From NCBI RefSeq assembly GCF_035084215.1, contig NC_090347.1:23312001-23376000 (forward strand): a DNA stretch of 64,000 nt, given 5' to 3'. Positions 22,945 to 36,204 of this stretch are shown in pieces. Below the pieces are notes generated by a model. It was given only the letters and a program-made list of their open reading frames with translations. It made no database searches and had not been told where the DNA came from. A program made the translations under genes and the position numbers. How positions within the stretch are numbered: position 1 is the stretch's first letter; each line of letters starts with the position of its first letter. Source of the DNA: Heptranchias perlo. Its lineage: Eukaryota.

Positions 22945-23275
22945 GGGTATGGTAGTTTAGTAGTTGTAGTGCTTGACCAGTAATTCAGATTGAGAGTTCA
23001 AATCCTACCACAGCAAGTTGAAAATTGAATTCAATAAATCTGGTAATTTAGGGGATGGTACCAGAAAGAAAAATTACTATGAAAGCTTCTGGATTGTTGT
23101 AAAAACCTAAATGGTTCAGTAATGTACTTCAGGGAAGGGACCCTTATGCCACAACCTGCTTGGGCTACGTGACTCCAGTGCCACACTATGTGGTTGACTC
23201 TTTATGCCTGCAGTTTGGCTATGGATGGGACACCTTGCCAGTGTCACTTGCTTCTCAAGAACAAATGTTTAAAAA
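22945..23275 (+). mobile_element. tRNA-derived SINE whose tail resembles the 51-52 kb LINE family
   Basis: Degenerate A box (tggtagtttagtagtt), B box gagttcaaatcc; body gattgttgtaaaaacc..tggttcagtaatg..cagggaagg; tail gatggga..ccttgccagtgtcac. Confidence 0.7.
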
Positions 23276-23379
23276 TCTGTTAATGTAGAATTTGGACTTT
23301 GCTTGAGATTGCACAGTTCCTTTTCAAAAATTATTGAAATAAATGCAGGGCTGAAGAAAAAGATAACGTAAGAAAACAC

Positions 23380-24650
23380 AGAATGAGAAAAGGTCGTTTT
23401 CCCATCAAAATTTTTCTTTCCACTAACTATGCATGATTTGCTTCAATGTGGACACTACTCAGTTTAATTTCCCATTGCTCCCAAAGATAGTCAAATGGAA
23501 GTGTAAAATATCTGCTTAACTTTGCATTCTGTATTACCCATCCTGGACTTGTTGTTTTTATGACCTTAGCCCAATATTTTATTTGCAACATGAGGTACTA
23601 CTATATCTGGGATTCAGAAGGAGGGGATGATTTTTTTTTTAAACCTCTAGTCTAGCTCATGACTTTTTAATTTTGCACTCTTTAACTTAATCTATGAGTG
23701 CAGAATTAGTGTGTGCATCTATGTGATCCATGTTTTTCAGTGTTTTGAAGCCCTGGATCATGCTCCTCTCAATTTTCTTGGCTTCAATAAAACAAGATCA
23801 ATATGGTGATCTTTCCTCGTACCTTGGAACTGTAAATCCTAGAATCACCCTTGTTGGTCTTCTTTGAACCCTGTCCCAACACATTGTTGTCCTTTTGTGG
23901 ATGGGGTGTCCAAAAGAGTAACATCAAGCACTTGTGATCTATAGTAACTTGTTTTTACTTGACCTGCAGTCAAAGACCCTGGGTATATATCATCGTACTT
24001 GATTCACTTTGTTGGTAACAGCTACAGTTGGTTGGACACATTTGGTCAGTAATCACATCCAAATCCATTCCTTTTCCGCTGTTGCAATGAACACTGATTC
24101 ACCCAGCTGACTGCTTCCCATATTTAGATCTTTTTTAATCATTGAACACTAGCATGCGATGTCTTATCAGCTGGCTGCATGCCTTCAATGAACAATAGCA
24201 CCACAGGATAATTTGGATAAATTTAGGGCAAATAATACCATTTTTTATTTTGTTCTGGGCCAATCCCATCCTGAATTACTTGTGTCGTCCCTCTAAGGAG
24301 AAGCACTTGATGTATTCTCATGGATTGCTTCACCTGGGCTTCCATGATTGGCAGGCACTGCAAGACGCCTTTTGTAGTATTTGCTTTGTTTTTTCCTATT
24401 TTCTGTTAATTTTGTTTTAATATGTTTGGATGGGCCCTGTATTATTAGCCTTGTCCTCCCTGCTATCTCCAATCCCACAATTTATAGACCCATTTTAAAA
24501 CCGGGCCTATTTATCTGACCTTCTGTAACTAGTGAATATTGGATGATACATGTTGTCTTGTTTACCCTGATTTTGCAATTTTTGTTTTTCCAAAATATCC
24601 ATTTGGGTGAGTCTGAATTACTATTCTCCATGTAAAGGGATACATTAGTT
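23380..24650 (-). mobile_element. Highly degraded CR1-like remnant
   Basis: Patchy similarity to the younger CR1 copies (ctagaatcacccttgttggtcttctttgaacc...ggggtgtccaaaag). Boundaries uncertain. Confidence 0.4.
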
Positions 24651-27004
24651 GCTTCCGATGAGATTAGGTTTACACCACACAATACCTTTTTTATTTTATT
24701 TCTATTCATTTCACTGTTATAATTTCAATTAGTTGATTATTATTGCCTTTTATTCATAAGATATTGGTTTGGTTATCAATATTAGTGTTGTCCTACTTTA
24801 TTGAGGTATCCTAATGGGATTTCACAAATTTACTGCTCAATTCCAAAGTAGCACCACTTTAGCTGGTTCTTAGATTGAACATTTCTTATTCCAATGTACA
24901 TTACCTGATAATCAGAGATCTGTAGATTCTATTGATTTTCTGTAATTTTTAGAAGTGTAAATCTTGGAAAAAATGTCCCTGTATCCCTATCTTTTATTTA
25001 AGGTCACAGAAAACCACAATATAGGATGAAGCTTTCCTCCCAGTTAATCTTCATTGTTTTGTTCCTATGAATTACTGATTCAGCTGTAGATAACCATTGT
25101 TGCTGAATGTTTTACTCAAACTGAATGTCAAATTATGAATATATTTCTCTGGAAACCTTGAACTGTAGTAATGACTTTGGCTGATTTGATCCACATAAAA
25201 ATTGTATTGTGATCCTAAAGGGTAAATTGGCAAAATGAAAGCTCAGCTGTTATAAGGTTTGATTGTTTTACTTTGGGCAAAAATATCAGCCACCTCCCTG
25301 ACTTACTATTGATTTTCTCCCTGGAAGGTGAAACACTTCTTGAGAAAGAGAAGAGCCACGACTCTCCCTCATTCTTCCATGTATTTTGGGGCAAGCCCAT
25401 TTTCAAACGGGCAGAACTATCAAATTTTGTCTCTCTTTTTAAATGCTTTGTTCAAAGTAGCCTCATGAGAACTACATGATCCTCCCCGTTCCCACACTGC
25501 AAAGGTACTGCAGCTGCAGGCAAAATCTTAGTTCTTTTCTCTTCCATCATTGGCAACCGTGTCTCACTACATTTTTCCTGTGAATTTTGACTTTGTTTCC
25601 TGAATAAATTGTTCACTTTGCTTTCGTATTTTTGGCATCATGCTCAAATTAAGCCTGTTGGGTGAAAAAGTTCCACCTATTTCCTTTCTTACTCATAACT
25701 TCCAAATTTTTATTTGTGTCCCCTGGTATTTGCACCCTTCACCATAATGAACAATTTTCCTGGTGAGTTCCATTTGTAACCTTAAACTTCAGTCCCTCAC
25801 TTTGAAGTATTCTCTTTTTATTCCACAGGAAATTATTCCAGTTTCCTTATTCTTCCTTTATAACTTAAATCCCTGGAATCCGGAACCTTCATTGCTCACG
25901 TCTGTACTTTTGCTGCTGAATTACTGATTGCCCACATATCAAGATTCTTAATGCAGCCCAGTTTTGGGGGAGGGAGAAATAGATTGTTCAGGTGGCTCTG
26001 AGATGCTTGATAATCTGCCCAAGGATGGTGATGTCGCATGTATTTGACTTTTCAGTTGAGAAATGGTGCAGTCATAACTGAGATGGTGAAAGTAAAATGA
26101 AATGTAGTGTTTTTAAAAAATAGAAGAAAGTTTAATGTACCAGTGGTGCAGTACACTGGAGCTGTAGTATGAAGGATTTGGTTGGGCACTGGTTTAATTC
26201 CCCGACGAAGGTTGGGCAGTTCCCCAGAGAGAAGGAAAATCAGAGGGAGTGGTTACTGGATTGCTCACTTGCACCTTCCAGCAGTTGACTTGAGCAGCAT
26301 AGGTAGGAACCTTGCAGCAGTTTATCTTGATTTGCTTGGCCCGTGTGGCCTGGGAAAAGCAGAATAAAAGGGCAATATTTTTGTTTCAAAAAAGGAAACT
26401 AGATACAAAAGTGGAAGATTTCCTCTCTGCGCCAATGTAGCAATTGTAAACCAGCTCTTTATGACTGGGTTTAGAGTTTGCTACCCTCAGCACAGAGGAA
26501 ATCTTCCCCGCAATTACTACAATATTAATATATTCTAAATTTTAAGAGCTATAGTCGTAATTCAAATCTCTAGTGAAGAATTTAAAAAACAATATGACCT
26601 TTTCTAAAAATTGCATGTCACTCAAAGTGCATTGCCACGTGCTCCTTTGCTGGACTCCCACAACCCAGTCCTCTTAAGTATTGAGACTGCAGGCACTCAG
26701 TGCTGATTAATAAGTGTCAACTGCTGCAATACAAAGCTAACTATGCAGTTTGTTGTGTCTTAACCGCCTAATGTACTATGAGTTTTTCATATGTGTGTAA
26801 GTCTGAAAGTGCTGTATACGACTTTACAGAAATACTTGAACAACATTGGGTAAGATTTCCCCCCCCCCCACCACCAGATGTTCAATAATGAATTTACATA
26901 TATTTCAGTAATTCATAAACCAGGACCACTGGAATATTTTTGAAGACCGGCCTAAAATGATTGTTGCAATGATTGAACATTTCTTTTACTTGATTTTTTT
27001 TCAG

Positions 27005-27101
27005 TGATATGGACTGCACAAGGCAACTGTTTGACAATAAACTCAGATGAAAACACTATTGGAAGAAACAGTGGCATATTTTGGGCTCTATTACAATTTA
27101 G
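27005..27101 (+). CDS. MFSD11: MFSD11 exon 5
   Basis: VIWTAQGNCLTINSDENTIGRNSGIFWALLQF, including the UNC93-family WTAQG motif; 97 nt. Confidence 0.96.
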
Positions 27102-28214
27102 GTATTTACCAAAAAAATTAAGCTTACAAACTATATAACAACATTACTGAAACCCACTTAGATGCATAAATGTATGTATTGTAGAACTATTTCAAGGCAG
27201 GGGTTTTACAACTTTTCTCAAATGTTCTCTTTATTTAAATGCAGGATTATGTATGCAAGTGCCAGTTGTGGGGAAATGTGTGTTGCAATACTTTGAAATT
27301 TGTGAACTTACTAATACTTGCCCATTTGCTGCTCTTTTTGGATAATTTCCCCCCACTCCCCTTATCTATTTAAAAACGTTTGTATTAATATGTACATAGT
27401 ATTCCAATTTTCTTTCTGATTGATTTTTTGCTAATTGCATAGCAATATTGGTAACATGTCTAATGGGCAGTTTCTGAACTGGGAATCACATTTCCCAACT
27501 AACATCGCCAGCCACTACACTTCCACGCCAAAAGTTAAATATTTAAGTTCAAATAGTTCTTAACTATTTAAAAGTTATAACTGAAAGTTAAACTAAATTA
27601 AGGTAACTAAACATTTAAAAATGCAATGACATTTTTTTAAATGTTCCTTGAGTTGTTTTGTAAAATGAGATGTAGTTTTTTTTCTTTGAGATATGAAGCT
27701 GATGGTCTGGGAGAAATGAATATTGTGAAGTGCCCAATGGAATTGTAGATTCTTATTGTAATTTTTGCTAAAGACGAGTCTGTAAATCTTATAGAATGAG
27801 TTTTCTAGATAATTCTGTAATCTTAATGTGTTTGGTATCCTAAATTCAGTATCTCATAGCGTACTCTTGATAATTCTGGTCAGTTGTGTTGCCGTTTGTA
27901 ACTGTCTTGATATATTTTGAAAAACTGAGACTAATTTTTCTAAACAAAGTTCAAATGGTGAACTATTTTGCAAATCACTTGTATGCAAATGCAGAATTGG
28001 ACTTATCTATATGGAAAATGTTCAAATAGATGCCAACCTGTGCATATTGTGATCTGATCAAACATTGGCAAATGTATTCTTATATAGTTTAAAATATATT
28101 TCTAAATCTATTCTCTTTTCCCTTCCTGGTGTTTCAGTACTAAATATAAAATTAATATATAGAATAATAGATCATGGAATGTTACAACACAGAAGGAGGC
28201 CAGGAGACAACATA

Positions 28215-28403
28215 GGTTAACCAAGTGATGGGTGAGCGGGACTTAGTGCAGGATAGGATACAGGCAGCAGAGTTTTCGATGAGCTGAGGTTTACAGAGCG
28301 TGGAGGATGGGAGGCTGGCCGAGAGAGCATTGTAATTGTCAAGTTCGGAGGTGACAAAGGCATGAATGAGAGTTTTAGCAGCAGATGGGTTGAGGCAGGG
28401 GCC
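28215..28403 (-). mobile_element. Inverted L2 fragment abutting the plus-strand L2
   Basis: Minus frame PCLNPSAAKTLIHAFVTSELDNYN...SRSPI. Confidence 0.85.
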
Positions 28404-28409
28404 AAAGTG

Positions 28410-29590
28410 GTTGTCTGCAGCCTTTGACAAGGCTGACCACACCATCCTCTTCCAGTGTCCCTCCTCTGTTGTCCAGCTGGGTGGGACTGCGACCGCCTGG
28501 TTCCATTCTTATTTTTACAGTCGTAGCCAGCAAATAACCTGCAGTGGCTTCTATTCCTGCTTCTGCACCGTTACCTCTGGAGTCCTCCTATTTCTCATCT
28601 ACATGCTGTCCCTCAGCGACATCATCTGAAAATACGTCTGATTCCACATGTACACTGACGACACCCAGCTCTACCTCGCAACCACCTCCCTCGACTCCTC
28701 CACTGTCTCTCATTTGTCACATTGTTTGTCCGACGGATGAGCAAAAATTTCCTCCAGCTAAGTATAGGGAAGACCGAAGCCATTGTCTTTGGTCCCCGCT
28801 GCAAACTCCGTTCCCTAGCCACCGACTCCATCCCTCTCCCTGGCCACTGTCTGAGGCTGAACCAGACCGTTCGCAACCTTGGTGTCCTATTTGTCCCTGA
28901 GATGAGCTTCCGACCACATATCCACTCCATCACCAAGACTGCCCACTTCCACCTCCATAACATCTACTATCTCTGCCCCTGCCTTAGCTCATCTGCTGCT
29001 GAAACCCTCATCCATGCCTTTGTTACTTCCAGACTGGACTATTCCTCCTGACTGGGCTCCCATCTTCCACCCTCCTTAAACTTGAGCTCATCCAAAACCC
29101 TGCTGCTTGTATCCTAACTCGCACCAAGTTCCATTCACCCATCATCCCTGTGCTCACTGACCTACATTGGATCCTGGTCCAGGAACGCTTCGATTTAAAA
29201 ATTCTCATCCTTGTTTTCAAATCTCTCCATGGCCTCACCCTTCCCTATCTCTGTAATCTCCTTCAGCTCTACAACACCCCCAAGATCTCTGCGCTCCTCC
29301 AATTCTGGCCTCTTGCGCATCTCCGATTTTAATCGCTCAACCATTGGCGGCTGTGCCTTTAGCTGCCTAGGCCCTAAGCTCTGGAATTCCCTCCCTAAAC
29401 CTCTCCACCTCTCTACCCCTCTCTCCTTTAAGATGCTCCTTAAAACCTACTTTTAACCAAGCTTTTGGTCATCTGTCCTAATACCTCCTTATGTGGCTCA
29501 ATGTGAAATTTTGTTTGCTAACACTCCTGTGAAGCGCCTTGGGACATTTTACTATGTTAAAGGCGCTATATAAATGCAAGATGTTGTTGT
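28410..29590 (+). mobile_element. L2-type LINE, 3' part, in MFSD11 intron 5
   Basis: LSAAFDKADH, TDDTQLY, KTEAIVFGP, AETLIHAFVTSRLDY, LWNSLP; tail aaaggcgctatataaatgcaagatgttgttgtt. Confidence 0.92.
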
Positions 29591-29776
29591 TATAGAGAAG
29601 TACTCACAATAGTGTGTTTTAAATCAGGTTGACCTGTTTTTAAAGTTTTCTCAAGTTTTATTTGAATTTCCCTGTATGTTTTAATTAGCTCTAGTTTCAA
29701 TGAATTCTAGTCTTTTAACTATAATTATGGTAGTCTATTATTCAGAGTGAAATCTAATATTCACTTTTCTTTTTAG

Positions 29777-29835
29777 TCTTTTATTTGGAAATCTGTATAT
29801 ATATTTTGCCTGGAAAGGAGAAAAGCATATTTCAG
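29777..29835 (+). CDS. MFSD11: MFSD11 exon 6
   Basis: LLFGNLYIYFAWKGEKHIS; ttttag| ... G|gtcagt; 59 nt. Confidence 0.95.
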
Positions 29836-30692
29836 GTCAGTATTCATAACCTGTGCTGAGCATATGTAAGTAGGAATGGAACCATAAAATTGTTTTGTTG
29901 CAGAATATTGTGGCTTGTAAACAACACATTTACAATTTTGCCTGTTTTGGTGCTTTGTGCCTTTCTTATTGGCTATGAACTTCAAAAAATTATGTTCTCC
30001 ATTAATGGGAGGCACTCTTCATTGCATAATAATGCATGCATCACCTGTACCATTGCACAATAGATATTAAAGGAATGATCCAAGGACCTAATTCAGAGTC
30101 TTCCACTCGTTACTGATTATTTCGATGTTGCATAGCAGCTTATTGATGTGAATCTGAACTGTCTGACCAGCCACAATTTTCAATAGTCACCATGCTTACT
30201 ATTTTTTTATGATCTGTTATTGCCAGGACACTGTGGCACTATTGTCTTCTCCAGTGTTGACCCTGACAAGCACCTTTGCATTGATCCCCATTTTTATATT
30301 GCAGCACAAGTTCTTGTGCATCTTTACAGGAGGATGGCATTAGTGGAGTATTGAAAACAACCCAAATGTAGTATCTGTTTTAAGAAAAATGCTTTTTGAC
30401 TAAGTGCCCTTAACTCTATCTTCCCTATGATTTTAAGGATGTGTTTTGGAATGTGTGCACCTATTGGATTATAATCAGCTACTGTTCAGAATTGCTAAGG
30501 GTACAGCGCAAGATCATAGACAGGTTTACTGATTTGGATTACTGCCAACTATGACCATCTCAAAGTTTGTGAGGCTGTTACAATTCAAGTTCTCTTCCCA
30601 CATTCTTACTTGTGCTCCCATCAAAAGACAACTTCCATAGGCATACCTGCGTATCCTGTGCTCTGAAATTTAAAACTTTTATTTGTGGAGTA

Positions 30693-31505
30693 TTTTTTTT
30701 TTATATTCATTCATAGGATGTGGGCGTCACTGGCAAGGCCAGCATTTATTGCCCACCCCTAATTGCCCTTGAGAAGGTGGTGGTGAGCCTTCTTGAACCG
30801 CTGCAGTCCATGTAGTGAAGGTTCTTCCACAGTGCTGTTAGGTGGGGAGTTGCAGGATTTTGACCCAGCGACAGTGAAGGAATGATATATTTCCAAGTCA
30901 GGATGGTGTGTTGTAGCTGTGCTGGAACAGCTTGGCTAGAGGCGCAGCTAGTTGTGGTGCACAAGTCTTCAGCGCTACAGCCGGGATGTTGTCCGGGCCC
31001 ATAGCCTTTGCTGTATTCAGTGCACTCAGCCATTTTTTTGATATCACGTGGAGTGAATCGAATTGGCTGAAGACTGGCTTCTGTGATAGTGAGGATATCA
31101 TGAGGAGGCAGAGATTGGATCATCGACTCGGCACTTCTGGCTGAAGATGGTTGCAAACGCTTCAGCCTTGTCTTTTGCACTCATGTACTGGGCTCTTCCA
31201 TCGTTAAGGATGGGAATGTTCATGGAGCCGCCTCCTCCCGTTAGTTGTTTAATTGTCCACTATCATTCACGACTGGAATTGGCAGGACTGCAGAGCTTTG
31301 ATCTGATCCGTTGGTTGTGAGATCACTTAGCTCTGTTTAGCATGCATGTAGTCCTGTGTTGTAGCTTCACCAGGTTGGCACCTCATTTTTAGGTACGCCT
31401 GGTGCTGCTCCTGGCATGCTCTTTTACACTCCTCGTTGAACCAGGGTTGAACCTCTGGCTTGTTGGTAATGGTAGAGTGAGGGATATGCCGGGCCATGAG
31501 TTTAC
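30693..31505 (-). mobile_element. Same LINE family as 51.2-52.9 kb, internally deleted copy
   Basis: KAMGPDNIPAVALKTCAPQLAAPLAKLFQ; same 3' tail (gatgtgggcgtcactggcaaggccagcatttattgccc). Confidence 0.9.
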
Positions 31506-32529
31506 AGAATGAGTTAGCACGCTGCCCGATTAACAGTGACCATTTTACTCAGTTATTTTGTGTTGGAGGACATATAGGATGCCCATTATATGCTTCTTTA
31601 TCACTTTAATAGGCAGAGCATTACTGATAGAACATATAGTGTAGGCTAAAACTGCAAATTCAATTTATTACAAGATGTTTTTATGCAGAAGCTACTTAAA
31701 TCAGCAGTTAAATAGCAGCAGAGTACTTAACTGCAACCAATACTTTGAACAGTTTTCTGAAACCAAAATTAAAAAGCATTTTGAAATGTTTAGTCCTTTT
31801 TCAGAATTCTTTAACTGAGTCTTAGCTGAACGTAATGTGGGTGCTATAGTTCCATGGAGTTCCACCTCATTGCCATAACATTGCTTACATTTCTGTTTTT
31901 AATTCTTTGAGATCAAATTCTCTGCTCCTTTTTGCATCTCAATAAGGTTGTCATCTCAAATTACCTTGGTATTTATAGTCTTTAATGCCTCAAATCCATT
32001 ATGTAATAAACTGGTGGCAATTGGTTAGCAAATATTTTCAAAAGGTTTGCAGTACTGTTTGATCAATATCTATTAACTACCACGTGGTGCCTTTTACCTC
32101 TTTCAGAATGCATTATGGTGCAATATTACCAAAGTGCAGTGGTTTTCAACCTTTTTAATATTGGTACTCTTCTGCAAAATTATAAAATTCCATGCTCTCG
32201 TTTTCCCCTCCATGACTGACTTAAAACTAAGTCCTCCCCCTTCAGACAGTTTTCCCTCCCTTCACAGAAGCAGTCTACCGCTCTTCTCCCCCTTTTTCAG
32301 ATGCATTTCATTTCTCTTCTTCCTCCTCGCACATTCACAGAGCATTCTTCCCCTCACTTATCCTAACAGAGACCTTCTATCCCATCTTCTCCCACCCCTC
32401 CCTGCTACACAGAGGCAGCTTATCTTCTTGTCCCCTTCCCCAAAGTTCATAAAGGCATTCTTCCCCCCTCCCTCTGTGTTTCAGTAGCTTAATTATTTCA
32501 TATTAATCTTTCTTCTTTGGTCCCCTCAG

Positions 32530-32674
32530 ATCATAACCGCAGGACAGTTTATATTGGACTAACTGTAATTAGTTTGGTGGGAAGTGTCCTGTTCTTTCTT
32601 ATAAGGAATCCTGGCTCAGAGGTTCTGTCTACAGAAGAGGCAAAATCTGATGATGAGTCTGAAACTGCACTTAG
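32530..32674 (+). CDS. MFSD11: MFSD11 exon 7
   Basis: DHNRRTVYIGLTVISLVGSVLFFLIRNPGSEVLSTEEAKSDDESETAL; 145 nt; AG|gtaatt. Confidence 0.94.
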
Positions 32675-33724
32675 GTAATTTTTTTTTAAATGAGGAGAGG
32701 CTATCCTTTACTGTAATTGACATTTGAAATTATTTTCCTAGCAGGTTATTCAAAAAATCTAGGCTATAATGAACAATTCCACTAATTTGCTAAATTGTGA
32801 AATTTGTAGGCTTCATTTTTCTTTTATATATTTATGTGTGTGTGTGTATACATATACTAGAGAGATTCAATATAGTTTTATTCAACTTTGTGAGGCTCTA
32901 AACCAGGAATGTGCACGTTTATTTGTCTTCGTGGGCCTCAAGTGCCTATCATGCAACTTTGAAAGCCCATTGATGTTCATATACAAAGCTTTCCAATACT
33001 TCAGGACAGCAAAATTCAAACAGGACAAGCTAACTAGTGAGAAAAGTATAAATGCAAATAGAGTTGGATTGCCAAGGCTTAAGAGCCAGAAATGACACTT
33101 GCTGTAGTTTGGACACCTCTGCTGTAAACCATCTATCACTTTTAATCACCTATCCAATGTTGCTGTTTAGTGCTTCTGACCTTATTTTTATCTGAATCAG
33201 TTTTTTGTCTTTGTAGCAATTCAGTTAAACAAAACTGTTTAGTTTATGCATTAGCAAAGGAGTTTAATTCCTTCACAACAATCTTTTTTTTGTTCAATAT
33301 ATCAACACAAATTAATTTATTGGTTTGAACAAATTCCTTCCTGGAAAACAATAAACTAATCTCTAGTTTCAATCCTGTATTCAACAAAATGTCAATTTGT
33401 ATGACATTCTATAAATTAAGGTTGTGCAGCTTAAATTTGCATGTTGTGTCAAAAACAGATGAAAAGGAATTCAATGACTTTCACCTCTCTTTTGATGATT
33501 TAAAAACTTATCCATAACTACGGTGAGCAAGTGAGGGTGACCTTTTGTAGTCATGTAGCCTTGTGCTGTACACAGGACAAGAGCCCTGCTTCAGTTGAAC
33601 GGGTCTAAATGGAAGCAGCTGTTAATCTAAATACTAAATGTTAAACATTTATCGCTAATTCTATGTGACTCAGTAGCAGTTAGATTTCCATGATCATTAA
33701 CAAATTGTTTTGCATTGTTTATAG

Positions 33725-33762
33725 ACCTCAAGGACAACGATCACAAGCAATAGATGCATTTA
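33725..33762 (+). CDS. MFSD11: MFSD11 exon 8
   Basis: PQGQRSQAIDAF; tttatag| ... A|gtaagt; 38 nt, phases fit exons 7 and 9. Confidence 0.88.
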
Positions 33763-33880
33763 GTAAGTGTGCTTTTGTGTGTGTGTGTGTGTACTTAGCC
33801 AGTTTTCAGTAATTTACTGGAGGGCCTTTCTTAAAATCTTTTATTGTGTTAATTAATTAAGAATTTTCTTTCCATAACAG

Positions 33881-33946
33881 AAAGTGCAATCCGTATATTT
33901 TTCACGAAAGAAATGCTGCTTCTAAGTGTTTGTACTGCTTACACAG
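33881..33946 (+). CDS. MFSD11: MFSD11 exon 9
   Basis: KSAIRIFFTKEMLLLSVCTAYT; 66 nt; G|gtgag. Confidence 0.94.
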
Positions 33947-34573
33947 GTGAGAACCTCCTACAAGCCTTATAAATCAGATATTGAAGTTTGTATGGTTACT
34001 AGATTTCTCGTCAAAAATGGAAATATTTAACATTTTTATTCATGAATATTGCTTTAGTTCCACTTTTTTTATGTTGTATATCAAAATAATCCCTTTTTCA
34101 AAATATTCTTTCATGCAGAGTGAAAAACATTATTTTTTCGATCATTATTACTGTAAAGAAGTTATACCCCACAGAAAATGCATTTGCTAAAAATAGAAAC
34201 AAATTTTGAAGGGTGATGTTTCTGTTATAGTTTTATGGATTATAAATGTTTTGTTCCTTTTTTAAAAAAACATCATCATATGCCTGGCAAGAGGGTGGCT
34301 AAAGCAAACTTATCTTGGGTCTGCTACCATGTTGCGTAACTGACCTCTGCACTTCTCCCAATTTGTAGTGCTATGATCTGAAATGACGTGGACCTAGCCT
34401 GTACTGTACAGGTGTTGTCAATTTGCTAGTTGGCTGCCTGGTGGTATAGCTAATAAACTGACAGAGGATATTGTGAGCAATTGGAGTTAATAAAATTACT
34501 CGCGCTTCTGAGTAGAGATAGGAGATCATGCAGAGAATGAATCTGTGAAAATATTGAATTGTTTCCTTTCTAG

Positions 34574-34699
34574 GTTTTGAGCTAACCTTTTTTAGTGGGG
34601 TCTACGGCACCTGCTTGGGAGCAACGAATCGCTTTGGGAATGAAGCTAAAAGCCTGGTTGGTTTATCTGGCATCTTCGTTGGTGTTGGAGAAATCATAG
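34574..34699 (+). CDS. MFSD11: MFSD11 exon 10
   Basis: GFELTFFSGVYGTCLGATNRFGNEAKSLVGLSGIFVGVGEII; 126 nt. Confidence 0.96.
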
Positions 34700-34796
34700 G
34701 TTTGTGATCAATTGCAGTGGCATTTATTATTAAACAATGAAATCTGCTTTCATTAAAGGAATTACATTTATTTGCTTTGTAATTTTTTATTTCTAG

Positions 34797-34983
34797 GTGG
34801 TTCAACTTTTGGTTTGTTGAACAAATTCCTCAGCAAATATCTTGGCATTGGCAGAAACCCTATAGTTCTTCTGGGTTTATTTTGTCATGTTATAGCCTTC
34901 TATCTGATATTCTTAAATGTGCCAGGCGATGCACCAATTGTTCCTGATGAAGGGACTGATCGAGTTGCTTATTTAATTCCAAG
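34797..34983 (+). CDS. MFSD11: MFSD11 exon 11
   Basis: GGSTFGLLNKFLSKYLGIGRNPIVLLGLFCHVIAFYLIFLNVPGDAPIVPDEGTDRVAYLIP; 187 nt; AG|gttagt. Confidence 0.95.
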
Positions 34984-35512
34984 GTTAGTCAGATACTTTG
35001 ATTTGTGCTTCTGGTTAATGTAAGTGCAGCATACGTAACCTATACTTGTGACTAGGACATTAATCCATTTAGGACACTGATTTATCTGAGAAATGTTAGT
35101 AAACCTACAATTCAGTGAACATGGAGATAAACATTTAACTGAACCTGTACAGAGTGTAATCAGTTGGTTTGTCATTCAATTTGGTTTTTGGTGACTACTC
35201 ATTGGGACAGGCCTCCTGTTCTAATATAAAGGATATGGTGAGAACCTTCATTGTGGGGAAGCACCTTTTTGGATACCTTTTCCTGACTGTTTGCCAAGGT
35301 CAGAAATGGGTTGGCTTTTAATTATTTTTAAACTTGTTTGTATGCATGAGACTAAACTAGTTTAAAAACATTTAGGTACTTTTGTCTTATCTTTTCCCAC
35401 CTACTGAACAGCAGTTAAAATTTATGCAGAATTGAAGTGATAGATATGTACTAGAGCTTTTATGTTTGCATCCATGAATTCTCTAGCTCATTATTCGCCT
35501 TTTGCTCCCCAG

Positions 35513-35648
35513 CAAAACTATCGCTATGGCTTGCAGTTTCCTTCTGGGACTAGGTGACAGCTGTTTCAACACACAGCTCCTCAGTATTGTGGGATTTATG
35601 TATTCCCAAGAAAGTGCTCCTGCATTTGCTGTCGTCAAGTTTGTGCAA
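35513..35648 (+). CDS. MFSD11: MFSD11 exon 12
   Basis: KTIAMACSFLLGLGDSCFNTQLLSIVGFMYSQESAPAFAVVKFVQ; 136 nt; CAA|gtaaga. Confidence 0.96.
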
Positions 35649-35853
35649 GTAAGAATGGAAAGCTTTCTAGTGCATGCACATGACCCAAAGGCGACTCGTA
35701 ACTAGTTGTATAAAATGGATTTTAAATTACAATATTTTAACAGAGAAAAGGTTTAAAATACAATGTGATTGCGAAAGAACTTGTTTATCCTATACATTGA
35801 CGTTTCTACTTAGCATTGCACTGAGTGTTCATTTTTTGCTTTTATTTTTCCAG

Positions 35854-36015
35854 TCTATCAGTGCAGCAATTGCATTTGGCTACAGCAATTATCTACTGCT
35901 CCAGTGGCAGCTGCTTATCCTTGGTGTCGCTGGATTCTTTGGCACAATCTCTTTCATCCTAGTGGAGCGGAAGGCAGAAACTATTTCCCATGGTTCCAAT
36001 TATGATCGCATTTAA
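35854..36015 (+). CDS. MFSD11: MFSD11 exon 13 (last coding exon)
   Basis: SISAAIAFGYSNYLLLQWQLLILGVAGFFGTISFILVERKAETISHGSNYDRI-TAA. The summed CDS is 1356 nt = 451 aa plus stop. Confidence 0.96.
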   Translation, partial: SISAAIAFGYSNYLLLQWQLLILGVAGFFGTISFILVERKAETISHGSNYDRI

Positions 36016-36189
36016 TCAGGAAACCAGTTTTTAAAAGACACAATGGATTGTAAATTTTTAAATCTTAGTTTTATTCTTAAATAACAATTTTACTGTAACT
36101 TGTGAGAATTTTGCTGTGTGAAAAGTTTTCCTAAAATAACATTTTTCAAACAAATTAGTGCGACACAAAGTTATAACTGGAGGATATGT

Positions 36190-36204
36190 AATAAAGCCAA
36201 TAAA
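36190..36204 (+). terminator. Proximal MFSD11 polyA signals (tandem AATAAA)
   Basis: AATAAAgccAATAAA about 175 nt after the stop codon. Confidence 0.5.
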
